Shown here in pieces: positions 1 through 10,507 of a stretch of 64,000 nt of DNA (positions are counted from its first letter, which is position 1; every line of letters starts with the position of its first letter). The stretch is taken from sequence record MK599315.1; one strand, written 5' to 3'. The notes beneath the pieces were generated by a model. The model was not told where the DNA came from. It saw only the letters and a list, made by a program, of their open reading frames with translations, and ran no database searches. The translations under genes and the position numbers were made by a program.

Positions 1-41
1 TGGAAAAGGATATGCTATTTATTTCAATCTGGAGAATACAA

Positions 42-394
42 ATGCCTTATTATCAAGCTATTCTACCACTCGTAGAAGCTCACCAATGGTTTAAAAATGG
101 CGACCATCCCATGGACCGCACCGTTAATGGAATTAACGAAGGGGCTATCGTTGGACGGCATATTAGCATGGTAGTGTACAAGGTGGAATGATCTGTCCTG
201 ACTGTAACTGTAAGATGGCCCTTCATGGGATCCTTAAAGTTCGAACTGATGATAGTCCCGCTGTTGTTTGTCCAGGTGACTATATTGAGTTTATTCGGGA
301 TGACAAGAAACGTATTCTGAGTTACAGGCTTCATCATAAAAAAGAATTTGAAGCGATCTTTGAAAAAGTTGTTACCAATGGAGTTAAGAAATGA
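42..394 (+). CDS. Conserved small phage protein (HQWFKNGDHP...CPDC...HG...VCPGDY, PGDYG-like family), split by an apparent 1-nt deletion near 163-166
   Basis: ATG at 42 after GGAG gives MPYYQAILPLVEAHQWFKNGDHP...GRHIS. The -1 frame is open from 167 (HGSVQGGMICPDC...CPGDYIEF...EFEAIFEKV). The two halves match one widespread phage family. Confidence 0.65.
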
Positions 395-972
395 CCGCTG
401 TTAATTACCCGTTTGTAGATACCATGGATAAATTTGATAAGATCACAAAAGGTCTTATTTTTGAACATCAAGCCGAGGGTGAGAGCGAAACGATGATTTC
501 GCATGAACTCTCTATTCTTGATAATGACGGTGTTGTTCATTCACTTCATTTCAGTCAAATCACTAGCCTCATTGATACCATCACTGGTAAGCATCCTTCA
601 CTCGAACTCCCGCCACAACTATTCCTTATCACGCAATATCTGCTAGAGGATCTTAAGGAAGTTGGAGAGAAAGGATTTGTAATTACCGAATATTTTATCG
701 ATGTCCTTCCCACTGGTAATAAAGCTATTTTCCGTGGTACGCTGGCACATAAATCGACAGTTGATGGACATCCTGACTTTGATCCGTCTTCCACGATTAG
801 TAAAAAAGAGTTTGAGTTCTCTCTTAATCAATTCAGTATTCTACAACAGATTGCTTTGAGTCATTGCATCGCTAATCTACACGAGGAGTGTGCTGGGTTC
901 CGTGGCACTTTCGATGTGGAATATACTTTCCATTGGACGCCCTTTGCCTTTAACGTTAAATTCTCCGAGTAA
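391..972 (+). CDS. chmB: ChmB-like phage nuclear shell-associated protein (gp2 family)
   Basis: 193 aa, second gene, directly before DHFR as for gp2 of phiKZ-like phages. Resembles my recollection of the PA1C gp2/ChmB sequence; not verified by search. Confidence 0.65.
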   Translation: MTAVNYPFVDTMDKFDKITKGLIFEHQAEGESETMISHELSILDNDGVVHSLHFSQITSLIDTITGKHPSLELPPQLFLITQYLLEDLKEVGEKGFVITEYFIDVLPTGNKAIFRGTLAHKSTVDGHPDFDPSSTISKKEFEFSLNQFSILQQIALSHCIANLHEECAGFRGTFDVEYTFHWTPFAFNVKFSE

Positions 973-983
973 GTGAGTTAATC

Positions 984-1508
984 ATGCCCACCCTAGCAAT
1001 GATCTTTGCTGTATCCACGAATGGCATTATTGGAATCAATGGGAGTATTCCATGGCATATTCCTGAAGACTTTAAATGGTTTAAAGAAAAGACTTTAGGG
1101 CATGCTGTTGTAATGGGGCGGAAGACTTGGGAATCGTTAGGAAATAAACCTCTTCCAGGTCGGACTAACTATGTCCTTTCTTCAGATAGTGATAACTTGA
1201 AGGGAGAGGGATATATCCATGTTAAGTCTTTAGACGAAGTACTAGAATTATCCCAAAATGAAAAGAAGGTTTTTATCATTGGTGGTGAAAGACTATTTAA
1301 AGATGGTATCACTCGTTGTAGTGAGTTCTATCGCACGATTGTTGATATGGACATTGATTGTTCTTCCGATGACGTAACTGACGTTGCTAAGTTCGAGGAA
1401 TATATTGATCCAATTAAATGGCGATTCATTTCCTGTCAGAAAGGTGTAACTAACGCTCCCCGTAATCCAGGTCTTGGATATAGTTTGCAATACTGGGCAA
1501 GACGTTAA
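984..1508 (+). CDS. folA: Dihydrofolate reductase
   Basis: IGINGSIPWHIPEDFKWFKEKT, VVMGRKTWESLG.KPLPGRTNYVLS and FIIGG motifs. Confidence 0.97.
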   Translation: MPTLAMIFAVSTNGIIGINGSIPWHIPEDFKWFKEKTLGHAVVMGRKTWESLGNKPLPGRTNYVLSSDSDNLKGEGYIHVKSLDEVLELSQNEKKVFIIGGERLFKDGITRCSEFYRTIVDMDIDCSSDDVTDVAKFEEYIDPIKWRFISCQKGVTNAPRNPGLGYSLQYWARR

Positions 1509-1539
1509 CCCAATCCTCTGTGGTTAACGGAGATTGTAA

Positions 1540-2034
1540 ATGAGTAGCTATACTAAGTTTAATGCCAAGATGTCTATCCAGTATGACGATGATGCATCTG
1601 TTATTCTGGGTGATGACTACTGGCGGATTATGGAGACCTTTCAATACGACATTGGAAGTGAAGGCTCTGGTAAATACGCAGTTGTTAATAAATGTTTCCT
1701 AACAGATGGTGCATCTATTCCACGGCCAGTACGTTGGTTGATCCCTCGATTAGGTAAGCATGGTCAGGCAGCAGCGTTGCATGATAAGCTTTGTGAGACA
1801 TACACTATCTTCCAGATGGTAGATGGGAAAGAGACAGAAGTTAAGGTAACTCGAAAAGAGATAGACCATATTTTCTATGAGGCGCTAAAAGTATCTAAGG
1901 TTAATCCAATTATCAGCGGTTTGATTCGTGCAGGTGTGGATAGTTACCGAATTGTTACACGTCCCTCTAAACCGAATGTTAAGAAAGAGAAACGTCGACT
2001 TGAACAACAATGTTCTTTAGGTCAAAGAGCTTAA
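1540..2034 (+). CDS. DUF1353-family protein
   Basis: FLTDGASIPR...AAALHDKLC signature. Confidence 0.8.
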   Translation: MSSYTKFNAKMSIQYDDDASVILGDDYWRIMETFQYDIGSEGSGKYAVVNKCFLTDGASIPRPVRWLIPRLGKHGQAAALHDKLCETYTIFQMVDGKETEVKVTRKEIDHIFYEALKVSKVNPIISGLIRAGVDSYRIVTRPSKPNVKKEKRRLEQQCSLGQRA

Positions 2035-2037
2035 CGG

Positions 2038-2070
2038 CATAAAGCCTTCCCGTTGGGGAAGGCTTTTATG
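2038..2070. terminator. Bidirectional intrinsic terminator between convergent genes
   Basis: CATAAAGCCTTCCC-GTT-GGGGAAGGCTTTTATG. Confidence 0.85.
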
Positions 2071-2073
2071 TTG

Positions 2074-4263
2074 TCACTTACCGTCCATAGAATCCAAGTG
2101 AATTGAACTACGTTCTTGTTGGAAACGAGAAGTACGGACACGTCTAACACGATCATCACGTACTTGTTTCAACATGGCATCGATACCAACACCGGTTGTT
2201 TCTTCCATGTTAATACTCTTCGAAAGATTACGAAGACGCATCTCAAGCTTGGTAATTACGAATGGATTTGTCTCACCTTTTAGCTGAGCAATCAAGTCCT
2301 CGAACTCACCTTTGTTTTGCTTCTCTTTATCTTCACGATATTTTTCCAGAGCAGTTAACTCTACGTCACGAGTAACAGCACGGGAGAAAATTGTTGCTGG
2401 ATTAATACCGTAATAAGAAAGGTTCTGTCCACGAATACATACCCAGTGCGCCAACAGCATGGAAATTACCATGTCGTCGTGATTATCACGAGTGTGGTCA
2501 ATTCGCCCATTCTTAATTGTCAAAGCAAGTAGTTCTGTAATCAGCGTCTTATCCGCCATTCTCCGGCTACCGTAATCCATTGAACTCGGTAATGCTTCAA
2601 GGAACAGGCTGTTACGAGAATACCGACCGGAACCTGAGGTGTTGAAACCAAAGTAACGTTTGAATCGATCATAGAACGAAGCAGGTCGTTGAGACAACGG
2701 AGTCTGAATATCACGGAACTCAGATTCTAGTACCGTGTGTTCATCTACGATTCTATTAAAGATTCGGCGGAACGGATCTATCCCAGCTTTATGCAGTTGC
2801 ATTACAACGAAGTCAATGAGAGCAGTGCCCATCGATTTACGTTCAGGTACCCATGTAATCGTCGGATAACGAATTAATAGATTACCGACGAATGCAGCAA
2901 TAACAGGAACAGAGGTTTCATTATAACAACCAGCTGCTACTACTTCGTGTGTCTCCACATCGAATATAACCATACCAGTGGCGTCATTACCTGATCCTAG
3001 AAGTTCACTTGGGTCCATGCCCATCATAAAGCGACCTTCAGCCATTCTCTGGTCAACTTCATGTTTAGGGATATACCAGCGAATGGTGTAACCGTCTGGC
3101 GTGATCTCGGTCCAAATTGGTTCACGTTCAGATGATTTTAGCTGCTTCTTATGTTCGGGTGATAATGGAGAACCTTCACCACCAACAGTCCAGATATTGA
3201 AGAAGTCTCGGTCAGCGATCTCGCCAAAAGAACTAGACTCTTTAAGTTCCTGGAACAACCATTCATCTGTACGACCTAACTGCCTATGGTTAAAAGCTCC
3301 GTAGATGATAGGTTTCTGATCAGCCTTGGATCCTTTCTCCATTACCAACACTGCCATACGTTGGTTCACTAGATCGAACATTGTTTCAGACCAGGTATGT
3401 CCACCTGTCATGAACTTGTAAGCAAATGCTCCATCGCGAGTGGTAATGTTGCCAGCAGTTGTTGTAAAGATGTTTCCGTATGGTTGACCTTGACGCTTGG
3501 CTTCGGCACGGGCGGCTGAACCAGAGGCCAGGGCTACAGGAAGAGAGATCTCAATCAAGTTAATATACGCAAATTCGTCGAACTGCATGATAGGTACTGT
3601 AAGACCACGACCAAGTTTGTCGGCAGCAATCTTATCGTTACGACCAACTGCGGTCTTATAACGGTTACCTAAACGAATACACGTCATCAGCTCGTTATTG
3701 TCTACGTCATTTGGATTAGCCCAGTGAATGTAATCAGGTAATAGATCTCGCATTACCTTTAGACGTTCAATGTTCGCTGTTCGAAGTTTATTATCTTTAG
3801 TGATCAGGTTGATCGTGGTGTTCTCACCCCAGATATACATCATACCCGTCATCAAGATGTCAGTTGAAACCGATTTACCAGTCTGTCGTGGTTGTAACAG
3901 ACCAAAATCTAAGTGGTTAAAGAAGCACCAGAAAAGTGCAATGTTACCACGGTTAGCGCGGAAAGGGTTTGGGACGTTACCAGATGTCGCTGGGACACGG
4001 GCAACTTCACGGAAGTAATACCAAGGATTGTATTTACACTCCAAGGCAATCTTCATTTTTGTAGCATCGTCTAGATCTGGATCATAGGGATCTACTCCCT
4101 GAAGATCAGGCTGGAGTAATGCTAAAATGAATTTCCAGTTTGCTATTTTAAGCTCATCTCTATAAAGAGCTGCTAATTTTAAGAATGTTTTATTTGACGT
4201 TTTTGTATCCGCTATTGCTGTTGGGAACTTCTCCCAATCATCGCGGAATAAAATAAGTTCCAT
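2074..4263 (-). CDS. terL: Terminase large subunit (phiKZ gp25-like)
   Basis: Walker A PRQTGKS, Walker B IMQFDEFAY, nuclease motifs MGMDPS and HDDMVIS. Confidence 0.95.
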   Translation of the reverse strand: MELILFRDDWEKFPTAIADTKTSNKTFLKLAALYRDELKIANWKFILALLQPDLQGVDPYDPDLDDATKMKIALECKYNPWYYFREVARVPATSGNVPNPFRANRGNIALFWCFFNHLDFGLLQPRQTGKSVSTDILMTGMMYIWGENTTINLITKDNKLRTANIERLKVMRDLLPDYIHWANPNDVDNNELMTCIRLGNRYKTAVGRNDKIAADKLGRGLTVPIMQFDEFAYINLIEISLPVALASGSAARAEAKRQGQPYGNIFTTTAGNITTRDGAFAYKFMTGGHTWSETMFDLVNQRMAVLVMEKGSKADQKPIIYGAFNHRQLGRTDEWLFQELKESSSFGEIADRDFFNIWTVGGEGSPLSPEHKKQLKSSEREPIWTEITPDGYTIRWYIPKHEVDQRMAEGRFMMGMDPSELLGSGNDATGMVIFDVETHEVVAAGCYNETSVPVIAAFVGNLLIRYPTITWVPERKSMGTALIDFVVMQLHKAGIDPFRRIFNRIVDEHTVLESEFRDIQTPLSQRPASFYDRFKRYFGFNTSGSGRYSRNSLFLEALPSSMDYGSRRMADKTLITELLALTIKNGRIDHTRDNHDDMVISMLLAHWVCIRGQNLSYYGINPATIFSRAVTRDVELTALEKYREDKEKQNKGEFEDLIAQLKGETNPFVITKLEMRLRNLSKSINMEETTGVGIDAMLKQVRDDRVRRVRTSRFQQERSSIHLDSMDGK

Positions 4264-4315
4264 GACCGTTTCCTTAAAGAAACAAAAGGTTCATACCTTT
4301 AGGGTTAATTTACGA

Positions 4316-4343
4316 CATAAAGCTTCCCCCGAAGGGAAAGCTT
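4316..4343 (-). terminator. Intrinsic terminator
   Basis: CATAAAGCTTCCCC-CGAA-GGGAAAGCTT; reads stem then UUUAUG on the minus strand. Confidence 0.75.
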
Positions 4344-4349
4344 CTGTAT

Positions 4350-5000
4350 CTAGATTAACTCTAGTACTGGGCGCCAACCATAACCTACGTTAGGTTGAGA
4401 TGGTGCATTCTGCCCCCACCCTGTTACGCCATTAGGTCCACCACGTAAGACTTTGAACCTAGGAGACCCAGTGTTACCATTAGTGGGTGTCCATGTCCAA
4501 ATACCGAGGTTACTTGGATGTACAAATCCAAGATCCTCATTACTTAAATTTTCCCAGAATGTTCCAGTTGGATCATTCGCGGATACACGGTACATCAGCT
4601 GACCCCACTCCGAGTTGGCTGGGGAACCACTTGCACCGCCTGACAGATAAGATATCTTACAATCAATATCTTTTACTTTAGATGAATTAGTATTGAAGTT
4701 ATTAATGGCCAAAACTAATTGATCAAAGGACATTGAATGACGGATAGTCTTTGTAGAGACTAAGAGTCGTCTGCCATTTAAAGAGAACATTAACCAATCT
4801 ACATCTGTTTGATCTGGCATTCGCGTTCCATACGGATTACCAGAAAAACCGTGTACATCGTTCATTTGTTCAGCGCCAATGAAATCGGCAGCTGTAACTG
4901 TACCAAAATAACCTAGTGTCGAATCACCGGCTATCAGTTCAGTAGGTAAAACACTTGGTTTAGCTCTTTTAGAGTTGACCGATAGTAAAATTTCAATCAT
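4350..5000 (-). CDS. Virion/tail-associated protein of the expanded phiKZ-like family (LIAGDSTLGYFG...WLMF...LLVSTKTIRHS)
   Basis: Motif pattern typical of a paralogous tail-associated family in phiKZ-like phages; lies in a late operon. Confidence 0.6.
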   Translation of the reverse strand: MIEILLSVNSKRAKPSVLPTELIAGDSTLGYFGTVTAADFIGAEQMNDVHGFSGNPYGTRMPDQTDVDWLMFSLNGRRLLVSTKTIRHSMSFDQLVLAINNFNTNSSKVKDIDCKISYLSGGASGSPANSEWGQLMYRVSANDPTGTFWENLSNEDLGFVHPSNLGIWTWTPTNGNTGSPRFKVLRGGPNGVTGWGQNAPSQPNVGYGWRPVLELI

Positions 5001-5033
5001 GGTCCAGCTCCTATTTGTTACATACTAAAACGA

Positions 5034-5065
5034 CATAAAGCCGTCTCTAATGAGACGGCACTATG
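5034..5065 (-). terminator. Intrinsic terminator
   Basis: CATAAAGCCGTCTC-TAAT-GAGACGGCACTATG. Confidence 0.75.
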
Positions 5066-5067
5066 CC

Positions 5068-6732
5068 TTAAGCGCGTTTCAGTACTGGAATACCGGTCAT
5101 CGCCAATTGAAGATCAGTGTCGTATTCACGACGAATCCATTGGATGTAGAGAAGCTCTCCATCGGCAAGATCGTTATTAACACGCAACTTATCTTTCCAT
5201 TGTTCAACACTGAACTCGTATTTGTTATGCAAGAAATGCAATACAAAGTGAGTTGGTGTAGGTGCCACAATTTCAGAGTCCGGATTTACAAGAGGCTCGG
5301 CTGCTTCATACATCTTCCGCAACCATGCTTCTTTGGTATTAGCTCCGTTCTGGAGACGTAGATCCCAAGCGTTGGTTTGGATGTATTCCAGATCGGCTTT
5401 CAGACCACGTCCATAAGCTGCGTCTACATCAGGACGAGTGTAGATTTCCCAGTTAGCATCACGGTTTTCACCAGATGTCAGGAGTGCAACTTGGAATGTA
5501 GTAACGAATCGATGTGGTGCGAAACGACCATCGACCTTGTTCAGGTTAACAGCGTAGGTAAGCGTTTGTAGATTACCATAACCCTTCGGATTGAATGGTG
5601 CTGAGTTAACACCAAGTTCAACCAAAGAAGTAACGTTGTAGAAACGTTGGCGATCCAAGTTGTAAAGCCAGAATTCCAGACGGTAGCCAGCAGTAACGTT
5701 TTGCCATACTGGATAAACGAATAGACGGCATTCGTAAGCTCCATCGGCAGCAGTTGTACGGGCAATGTAGTTTTCTGTAATCCGACGATTTGCTGTTGGT
5801 GTCAACGCATAGGAAATTTCATCTTCTGCTAACTGGTAAGCAAGAGTAAGCGGGAACTCCTGTCCAATCTCAGTAGCGATATAGTTTTCCATGCCAAACA
5901 AGAACATTGTCGAGTTATCGATACCGCGACGTACTTTAGAACCACCACGATAGTTAATCATACCAACCATCGGAAGAGATTCAACGTTTACGTTCAGCGG
6001 GAATTCAATAACCTTAGGATCGGCAGCAGACAGGAACGGACTCTCGATCTCTATACCGGCAATGTACTTCTTCGAATTATCAGACTGTCGAATTGCTTTC
6101 GTGTTTTGTACGAGCAACTGTGCTATCGACACAACCCCGCCAAGGTCATCGTAGGCCACCAAGGTGCAACGCTCGCCGTCATCCATCTCCTCGGCTGTAA
6201 AACCAACCATAGGGGCCTTAATGACGTTCTGAGAGCCATTACCGACGGTTACTGTCTCAACTGGAATAAGTGGACCCGTGTAATCACCAGAGGGAGTGAA
6301 GAAAGCAGAGATGATCTTACCAAATTCTTCAGAGATATCACTACCCTTAAAGACTTTGTAACTAGCAACCATCGAGCCATAAAAATGCAGACGTTTATCG
6401 GGTGCGAGAGTATGGGGAATAACGCTGGTATCAAGGAACAGACGGTAGCTTTCGGAGCTATAGCCTGGACCTACGCCCACCAGTACGTTTTCTTCGCCAT
6501 CGGGGTCAACTTTGGTTGGAGGATACCATTCTTTAAGAGTAGCTACGTGAGTACCCTCTTCGACATCCTCAACTGTGAACCAGCCATTCTCGCGGTCCCA
6601 AACGAGGTCCCCAATATTGGGGACCCACTTATTTACTTGTCCAGCTTGCTGGACGATATCTTTGCGGTTCCAAACCCACCAACCCCTATTAGGGTCCATG
6701 TAGTCGGAATTCCCGTATGGTACAGGAAGCAT
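5068..6732 (-). CDS. Virion structural protein (phiKZ gp26-like, baseplate-related)
   Basis: 554 aa; synteny upstream of terL. Confidence 0.75.
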   Translation of the reverse strand: MLPVPYGNSDYMDPNRGWWVWNRKDIVQQAGQVNKWVPNIGDLVWDRENGWFTVEDVEEGTHVATLKEWYPPTKVDPDGEENVLVGVGPGYSSESYRLFLDTSVIPHTLAPDKRLHFYGSMVASYKVFKGSDISEEFGKIISAFFTPSGDYTGPLIPVETVTVGNGSQNVIKAPMVGFTAEEMDDGERCTLVAYDDLGGVVSIAQLLVQNTKAIRQSDNSKKYIAGIEIESPFLSAADPKVIEFPLNVNVESLPMVGMINYRGGSKVRRGIDNSTMFLFGMENYIATEIGQEFPLTLAYQLAEDEISYALTPTANRRITENYIARTTAADGAYECRLFVYPVWQNVTAGYRLEFWLYNLDRQRFYNVTSLVELGVNSAPFNPKGYGNLQTLTYAVNLNKVDGRFAPHRFVTTFQVALLTSGENRDANWEIYTRPDVDAAYGRGLKADLEYIQTNAWDLRLQNGANTKEAWLRKMYEAAEPLVNPDSEIVAPTPTHFVLHFLHNKYEFSVEQWKDKLRVNNDLADGELLYIQWIRREYDTDLQLAMTGIPVLKRA

Positions 6733-6733
6733 G

Positions 6734-9430
6734 TTAAGTCCTCGTTAGGTATACGAATGGCGCGATGTCCATAGGGCGCTGTAAATACAACTTCAGTACA
6801 CGAATGTAGAAGTCATACTGATCAGTATCTAACCCAATAGGATCACTATGCCAATGTGGATAAACTACCACATGGTTGGTGTTGTAATCTGTGTTTAGGA
6901 TATCAAACGGAACCAACCACTCGTAGGATGCCATAACCCGAGCAATATCCATCTCGTTGTAACGACCATTAACCAGCGGTGGCTTCAGCGTACCCTTAAC
7001 AATGTCATGGAGAACTTTGTTAGAGAATGCCGAATATACCACATAACGACGTGTAACCGAGTCAACTTGATCGCGTGTTCTCTTAGGGAAATACGCTGTC
7101 ATGTAATCGGAAACTTGTTTATCACGTTCGTCATCTGCGATACGTGCTTGCTGATCAGTATCGTAAACATCACGGAAAGTGGATTGCGGTGTTTGGATTT
7201 GGAAGGGTGCTCCATTTCGTTCATCGGTAATCAGAAGAGAATTATTATCCTCCTCAAACACCAAATCTTCACGGGCGCGGTAATGTCCATCTACAATGAT
7301 CCTTTGCATTTTGTGCGTATGGATATCGTAAATACCATTATTGGAAAGAACATTATACTCTACCCAACCAACTTCACCAGGTTTATAACGCTGAAGATCA
7401 GGAGTACAGTAACCGGTACCTCGTACAAGAACGGTATTAATACCATCAACCAAATACTCATGGTTATTCAGTACAGTCATAATACCTTTATCAAAGTAAT
7501 CGAGACCATTTATGATCGGTCGATTATTTAAGAAGATATCTAGTTGTCCGAATGGGATCTCCATGAGCTTGTTGATTAGTTCACCGTTATGCTCTTCCCA
7601 GTTATCGATTCCAAATCGAATAATACCCTGGTCTTTAGTAAACCGCATTTCCTTCAGGTAGAAGTAGTTATCCATACGGACATAACCGTACCATTCATTT
7701 GGTAAAGCAGTCCATGTCCATTTAGGATGTTCAATATCAGTTGTATCATGGAAACCCCAATCATTTCGATTAGGTAGGTCAGTGATATCAATCCATTCGT
7801 TGGTTGGTACACCAGCCCAGACTTTACAGACGTAAAGACGGAAGTTATAGCCTTCCGAAAGATCGACTGTTCCATTACCAAATACACCATGAAGATTGGT
7901 GTCACCTTTACCAGTAATACATTCTACCATCTTACAATCGGTTTGATTTACCACGCGGTATCGGCGCCCTGCGACATGATGGTAATAACCCAACAAAATC
8001 CCTTTCGAATCATATTCGAAAACAGTAGCATTCTCCCAATAGTTGTATGGAAGACTTGCATATACTGTACCTTGGTCAACATGGACCTTGGTTGGATTAT
8101 GTGCCTGAATATCTGCGGCTTTATGGTAACCGAATACATCACCGGCAAAATTCTGGGCATCGATCTTACCCTGAGATATCTCATCAGGATCTTGGAAAGC
8201 GATAGGGTAGATTACATCTGGATCAGCGGACATGAATTGAACGTAAGCCGATTGTTCAAGATTCTCTGCTCTCCATAATGGGCAAGTAGCGTCTGCTCCA
8301 GTCATGGCCCTAAGGATATTATCCGAGGATAAACGATAGAGTTCTTGAATGCGGCCAACATCGGCTACCAGAGGTCGTTCGTATCCAGAATGACGAATGT
8401 AAAGGCGAAGGAACTTATCTTCAATACCTGTCCATTTGTCAGAAGGCCAACGCGATGGATCATTTGCATGGCGTGGGTCTTCAGGGTGACTTGTGATGAA
8501 AGACTGAATTCGATCAACAGGAGCCGAATAGTCTTTATGCGTCAACATTCGAAGCCAATTACCTTCATTGTGGTGATACATCACACCACTGAACCGACCA
8601 GGCAATGAACCCCTTTTGCAAAGATAAACATCTAGATCGTCGAAGTACTCAATCGTGTTGACATTCTTATCGTCGTAGTGAAGGATATATTTCCTTTCTT
8701 TATCGAGCGTAGAATTGAATGTTTTAAGATCACGTAGATCTAAATCGACTACACGTTTAATACTTGGATCAAGGATGAATTCACAGTAATCACCCGGACC
8801 AGCTGTTACTAACGATATCTCTTGTACGAACCTACCGTTAACGAAGTACTGGGGGTAACCGCCTTTAGTTTCAATCAAGTCCATAATTTGAATTTGGAAT
8901 TGACGAAGCTCTTCGTTAGAGTTAGGTGTCAAAGTCATCACATCGATATAACGGGCCGCTGCTATATCGCTACGATCAGAGTTGAAATACGCGTTGTGAT
9001 AAACATGGAGATATGGATTATTCTCGGCTTCGTCCAAATCAGGGAAGCGATCATTTCGTCGAATAGCTACAAGCAAGTTTTGCGTTTGGGTTACCAGGAT
9101 ATATGTTTCAGAACGTGGGAACTGAATTCCATTACTGACATAAACTTCCGCGAGAGTATGTACCTCTTTACCCAGTTGCTCAAGGCTGATCCAGTTATTC
9201 AACAGCTTTGGAATACCAAGATGGCGAGGAATAACCTGACCGATTTGGTAGATATGCCAGAAGTCACGAGTAGAGATTTGTGGAAGTTTATAACGTTCGT
9301 GCTCCACCACGTAACTACCCCGTACACCGTAGCGGGGAGTTAATTGACGGAGCTTATATACGAACTGTCGATCCTGAGTAGGGTTACACCAAACGTTCTC
9401 AATTGCGTAGCGCAATAGATAGTCGTTCAT
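6734..9430 (-). CDS. Virion structural protein (phiKZ gp27-like)
   Basis: 898 aa, N-terminus [19 protein letters not shown]; synteny. Confidence 0.75.
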   Translation of the reverse strand: MNDYLLRYAIENVWCNPTQDRQFVYKLRQLTPRYGVRGSYVVEHERYKLPQISTRDFWHIYQIGQVIPRHLGIPKLLNNWISLEQLGKEVHTLAEVYVSNGIQFPRSETYILVTQTQNLLVAIRRNDRFPDLDEAENNPYLHVYHNAYFNSDRSDIAAARYIDVMTLTPNSNEELRQFQIQIMDLIETKGGYPQYFVNGRFVQEISLVTAGPGDYCEFILDPSIKRVVDLDLRDLKTFNSTLDKERKYILHYDDKNVNTIEYFDDLDVYLCKRGSLPGRFSGVMYHHNEGNWLRMLTHKDYSAPVDRIQSFITSHPEDPRHANDPSRWPSDKWTGIEDKFLRLYIRHSGYERPLVADVGRIQELYRLSSDNILRAMTGADATCPLWRAENLEQSAYVQFMSADPDVIYPIAFQDPDEISQGKIDAQNFAGDVFGYHKAADIQAHNPTKVHVDQGTVYASLPYNYWENATVFEYDSKGILLGYYHHVAGRRYRVVNQTDCKMVECITGKGDTNLHGVFGNGTVDLSEGYNFRLYVCKVWAGVPTNEWIDITDLPNRNDWGFHDTTDIEHPKWTWTALPNEWYGYVRMDNYFYLKEMRFTKDQGIIRFGIDNWEEHNGELINKLMEIPFGQLDIFLNNRPIINGLDYFDKGIMTVLNNHEYLVDGINTVLVRGTGYCTPDLQRYKPGEVGWVEYNVLSNNGIYDIHTHKMQRIIVDGHYRAREDLVFEEDNNSLLITDERNGAPFQIQTPQSTFRDVYDTDQQARIADDERDKQVSDYMTAYFPKRTRDQVDSVTRRYVVYSAFSNKVLHDIVKGTLKPPLVNGRYNEMDIARVMASYEWLVPFDILNTDYNTNHVVVYPHWHSDPIGLDTDQYDFYIRVLKLYLQRPMDIAPFVYLTRT

Positions 9431-9440
9431 TAATCACCCA

Positions 9441-10376
9441 TTACTGATGCAGACGTGTGAATTGCTCGGAAACCGCTTTGAAAACGAGGTCAGTAAAGAC
9501 TTTAAGCTCGTTTCCACGAGCTAACGATTCTACTCGTTGAGTAATTACTGTTTTACGGTATGAGCGTTCTGCAATTGCCATGTAAAGCAATGCAATGAAA
9601 GTCGGTAAATGTTCGAGGGCTACACCCACGTTTTCACGGGAGTTTACACCGAACCAAGAAGTCGAGATCAATGCAAAAAGATCCCCAAACTTCAATTCAC
9701 CGGTACGCTGTTGACGGGAGTTAACTGACATCTCATGAATGAGGTCAGAGGCATTCTCCAGCTTACCCATAGTTGCGGCAACATCGAGTACAAATTCTGG
9801 CGGCACCGAAGTGCAGCGAGAAATAATCGGTGCAAATTTTTCACGCTCTTCACCCGGTTGACGAAGTTCAGGGGTGGACATGGCGTAATAGTAATAAGCC
9901 GTAATGACAAAGAGTGCCATCTGCGATTCGATCGGTAGATTGTAGCGTGTAACCAATACACCGCTAACCCAACGATGGAATACTTTTGCAGGTAGGTCCG
10001 ATAAGCGATTAAAGAAAGCTTCGTCGCCAGAAAGCAGGCGATTGTTCAAAGCTAGACGAACGCATTGGAACTGCCAGTCGTTTTGAGCGATCAAAGAATA
10101 CTTCTGAGATCGAGCGTCAAACTTCATGTATTGGCGGCTATCAATAAGAAGCCGTGGTTTATTGGGTTCGCCCACATTGATAATCTGAGTGAAGTTCGGA
10201 ATTGCTTCGTGTTCTTCACGAGGTGTTACGAACGCAGAGTTCATTAACTGATTTCCACCGGGTGTTTCTACCAGGGGGAATGGCAAATCAATTTCTGCCC
10301 GACGGGCTGCTGCGATCACCTGTTGATATTTAGGATAGATCCCACAGACTGTTGTTTGATACGGTAGCGAAAACAT
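9441..10376 (-). CDS. Conserved virion protein (phiKZ gp28-like)
   Basis: 311 aa, MFSLPYQTT start, divergent from the sheath gene. Confidence 0.7.
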   Translation of the reverse strand: MFSLPYQTTVCGIYPKYQQVIAAARRAEIDLPFPLVETPGGNQLMNSAFVTPREEHEAIPNFTQIINVGEPNKPRLLIDSRQYMKFDARSQKYSLIAQNDWQFQCVRLALNNRLLSGDEAFFNRLSDLPAKVFHRWVSGVLVTRYNLPIESQMALFVITAYYYYAMSTPELRQPGEEREKFAPIISRCTSVPPEFVLDVAATMGKLENASDLIHEMSVNSRQQRTGELKFGDLFALISTSWFGVNSRENVGVALEHLPTFIALLYMAIAERSYRKTVITQRVESLARGNELKVFTDLVFKAVSEQFTRLHQ

Positions 10377-10507
10377 TACCGTTTTACTCCTTTCATGGGT
10401 AGGGAAAAATAACTATCACAGCCAACTATGAACAATATTTATGATTGACTGTTAGTTAACACTCATAACATCGAGTTTAAAGCTCCACATCTGGGAGAAA
10501 CATAAAG
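10377..10507. promoter_or_regulatory. Divergent late-promoter region containing TATG motifs
   Basis: TATG at about 10427 and 10440 on + and CATA copies. TATG is the known phiKZ late (nvRNAP) promoter core, but it is short and low in information. Confidence 0.45.
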
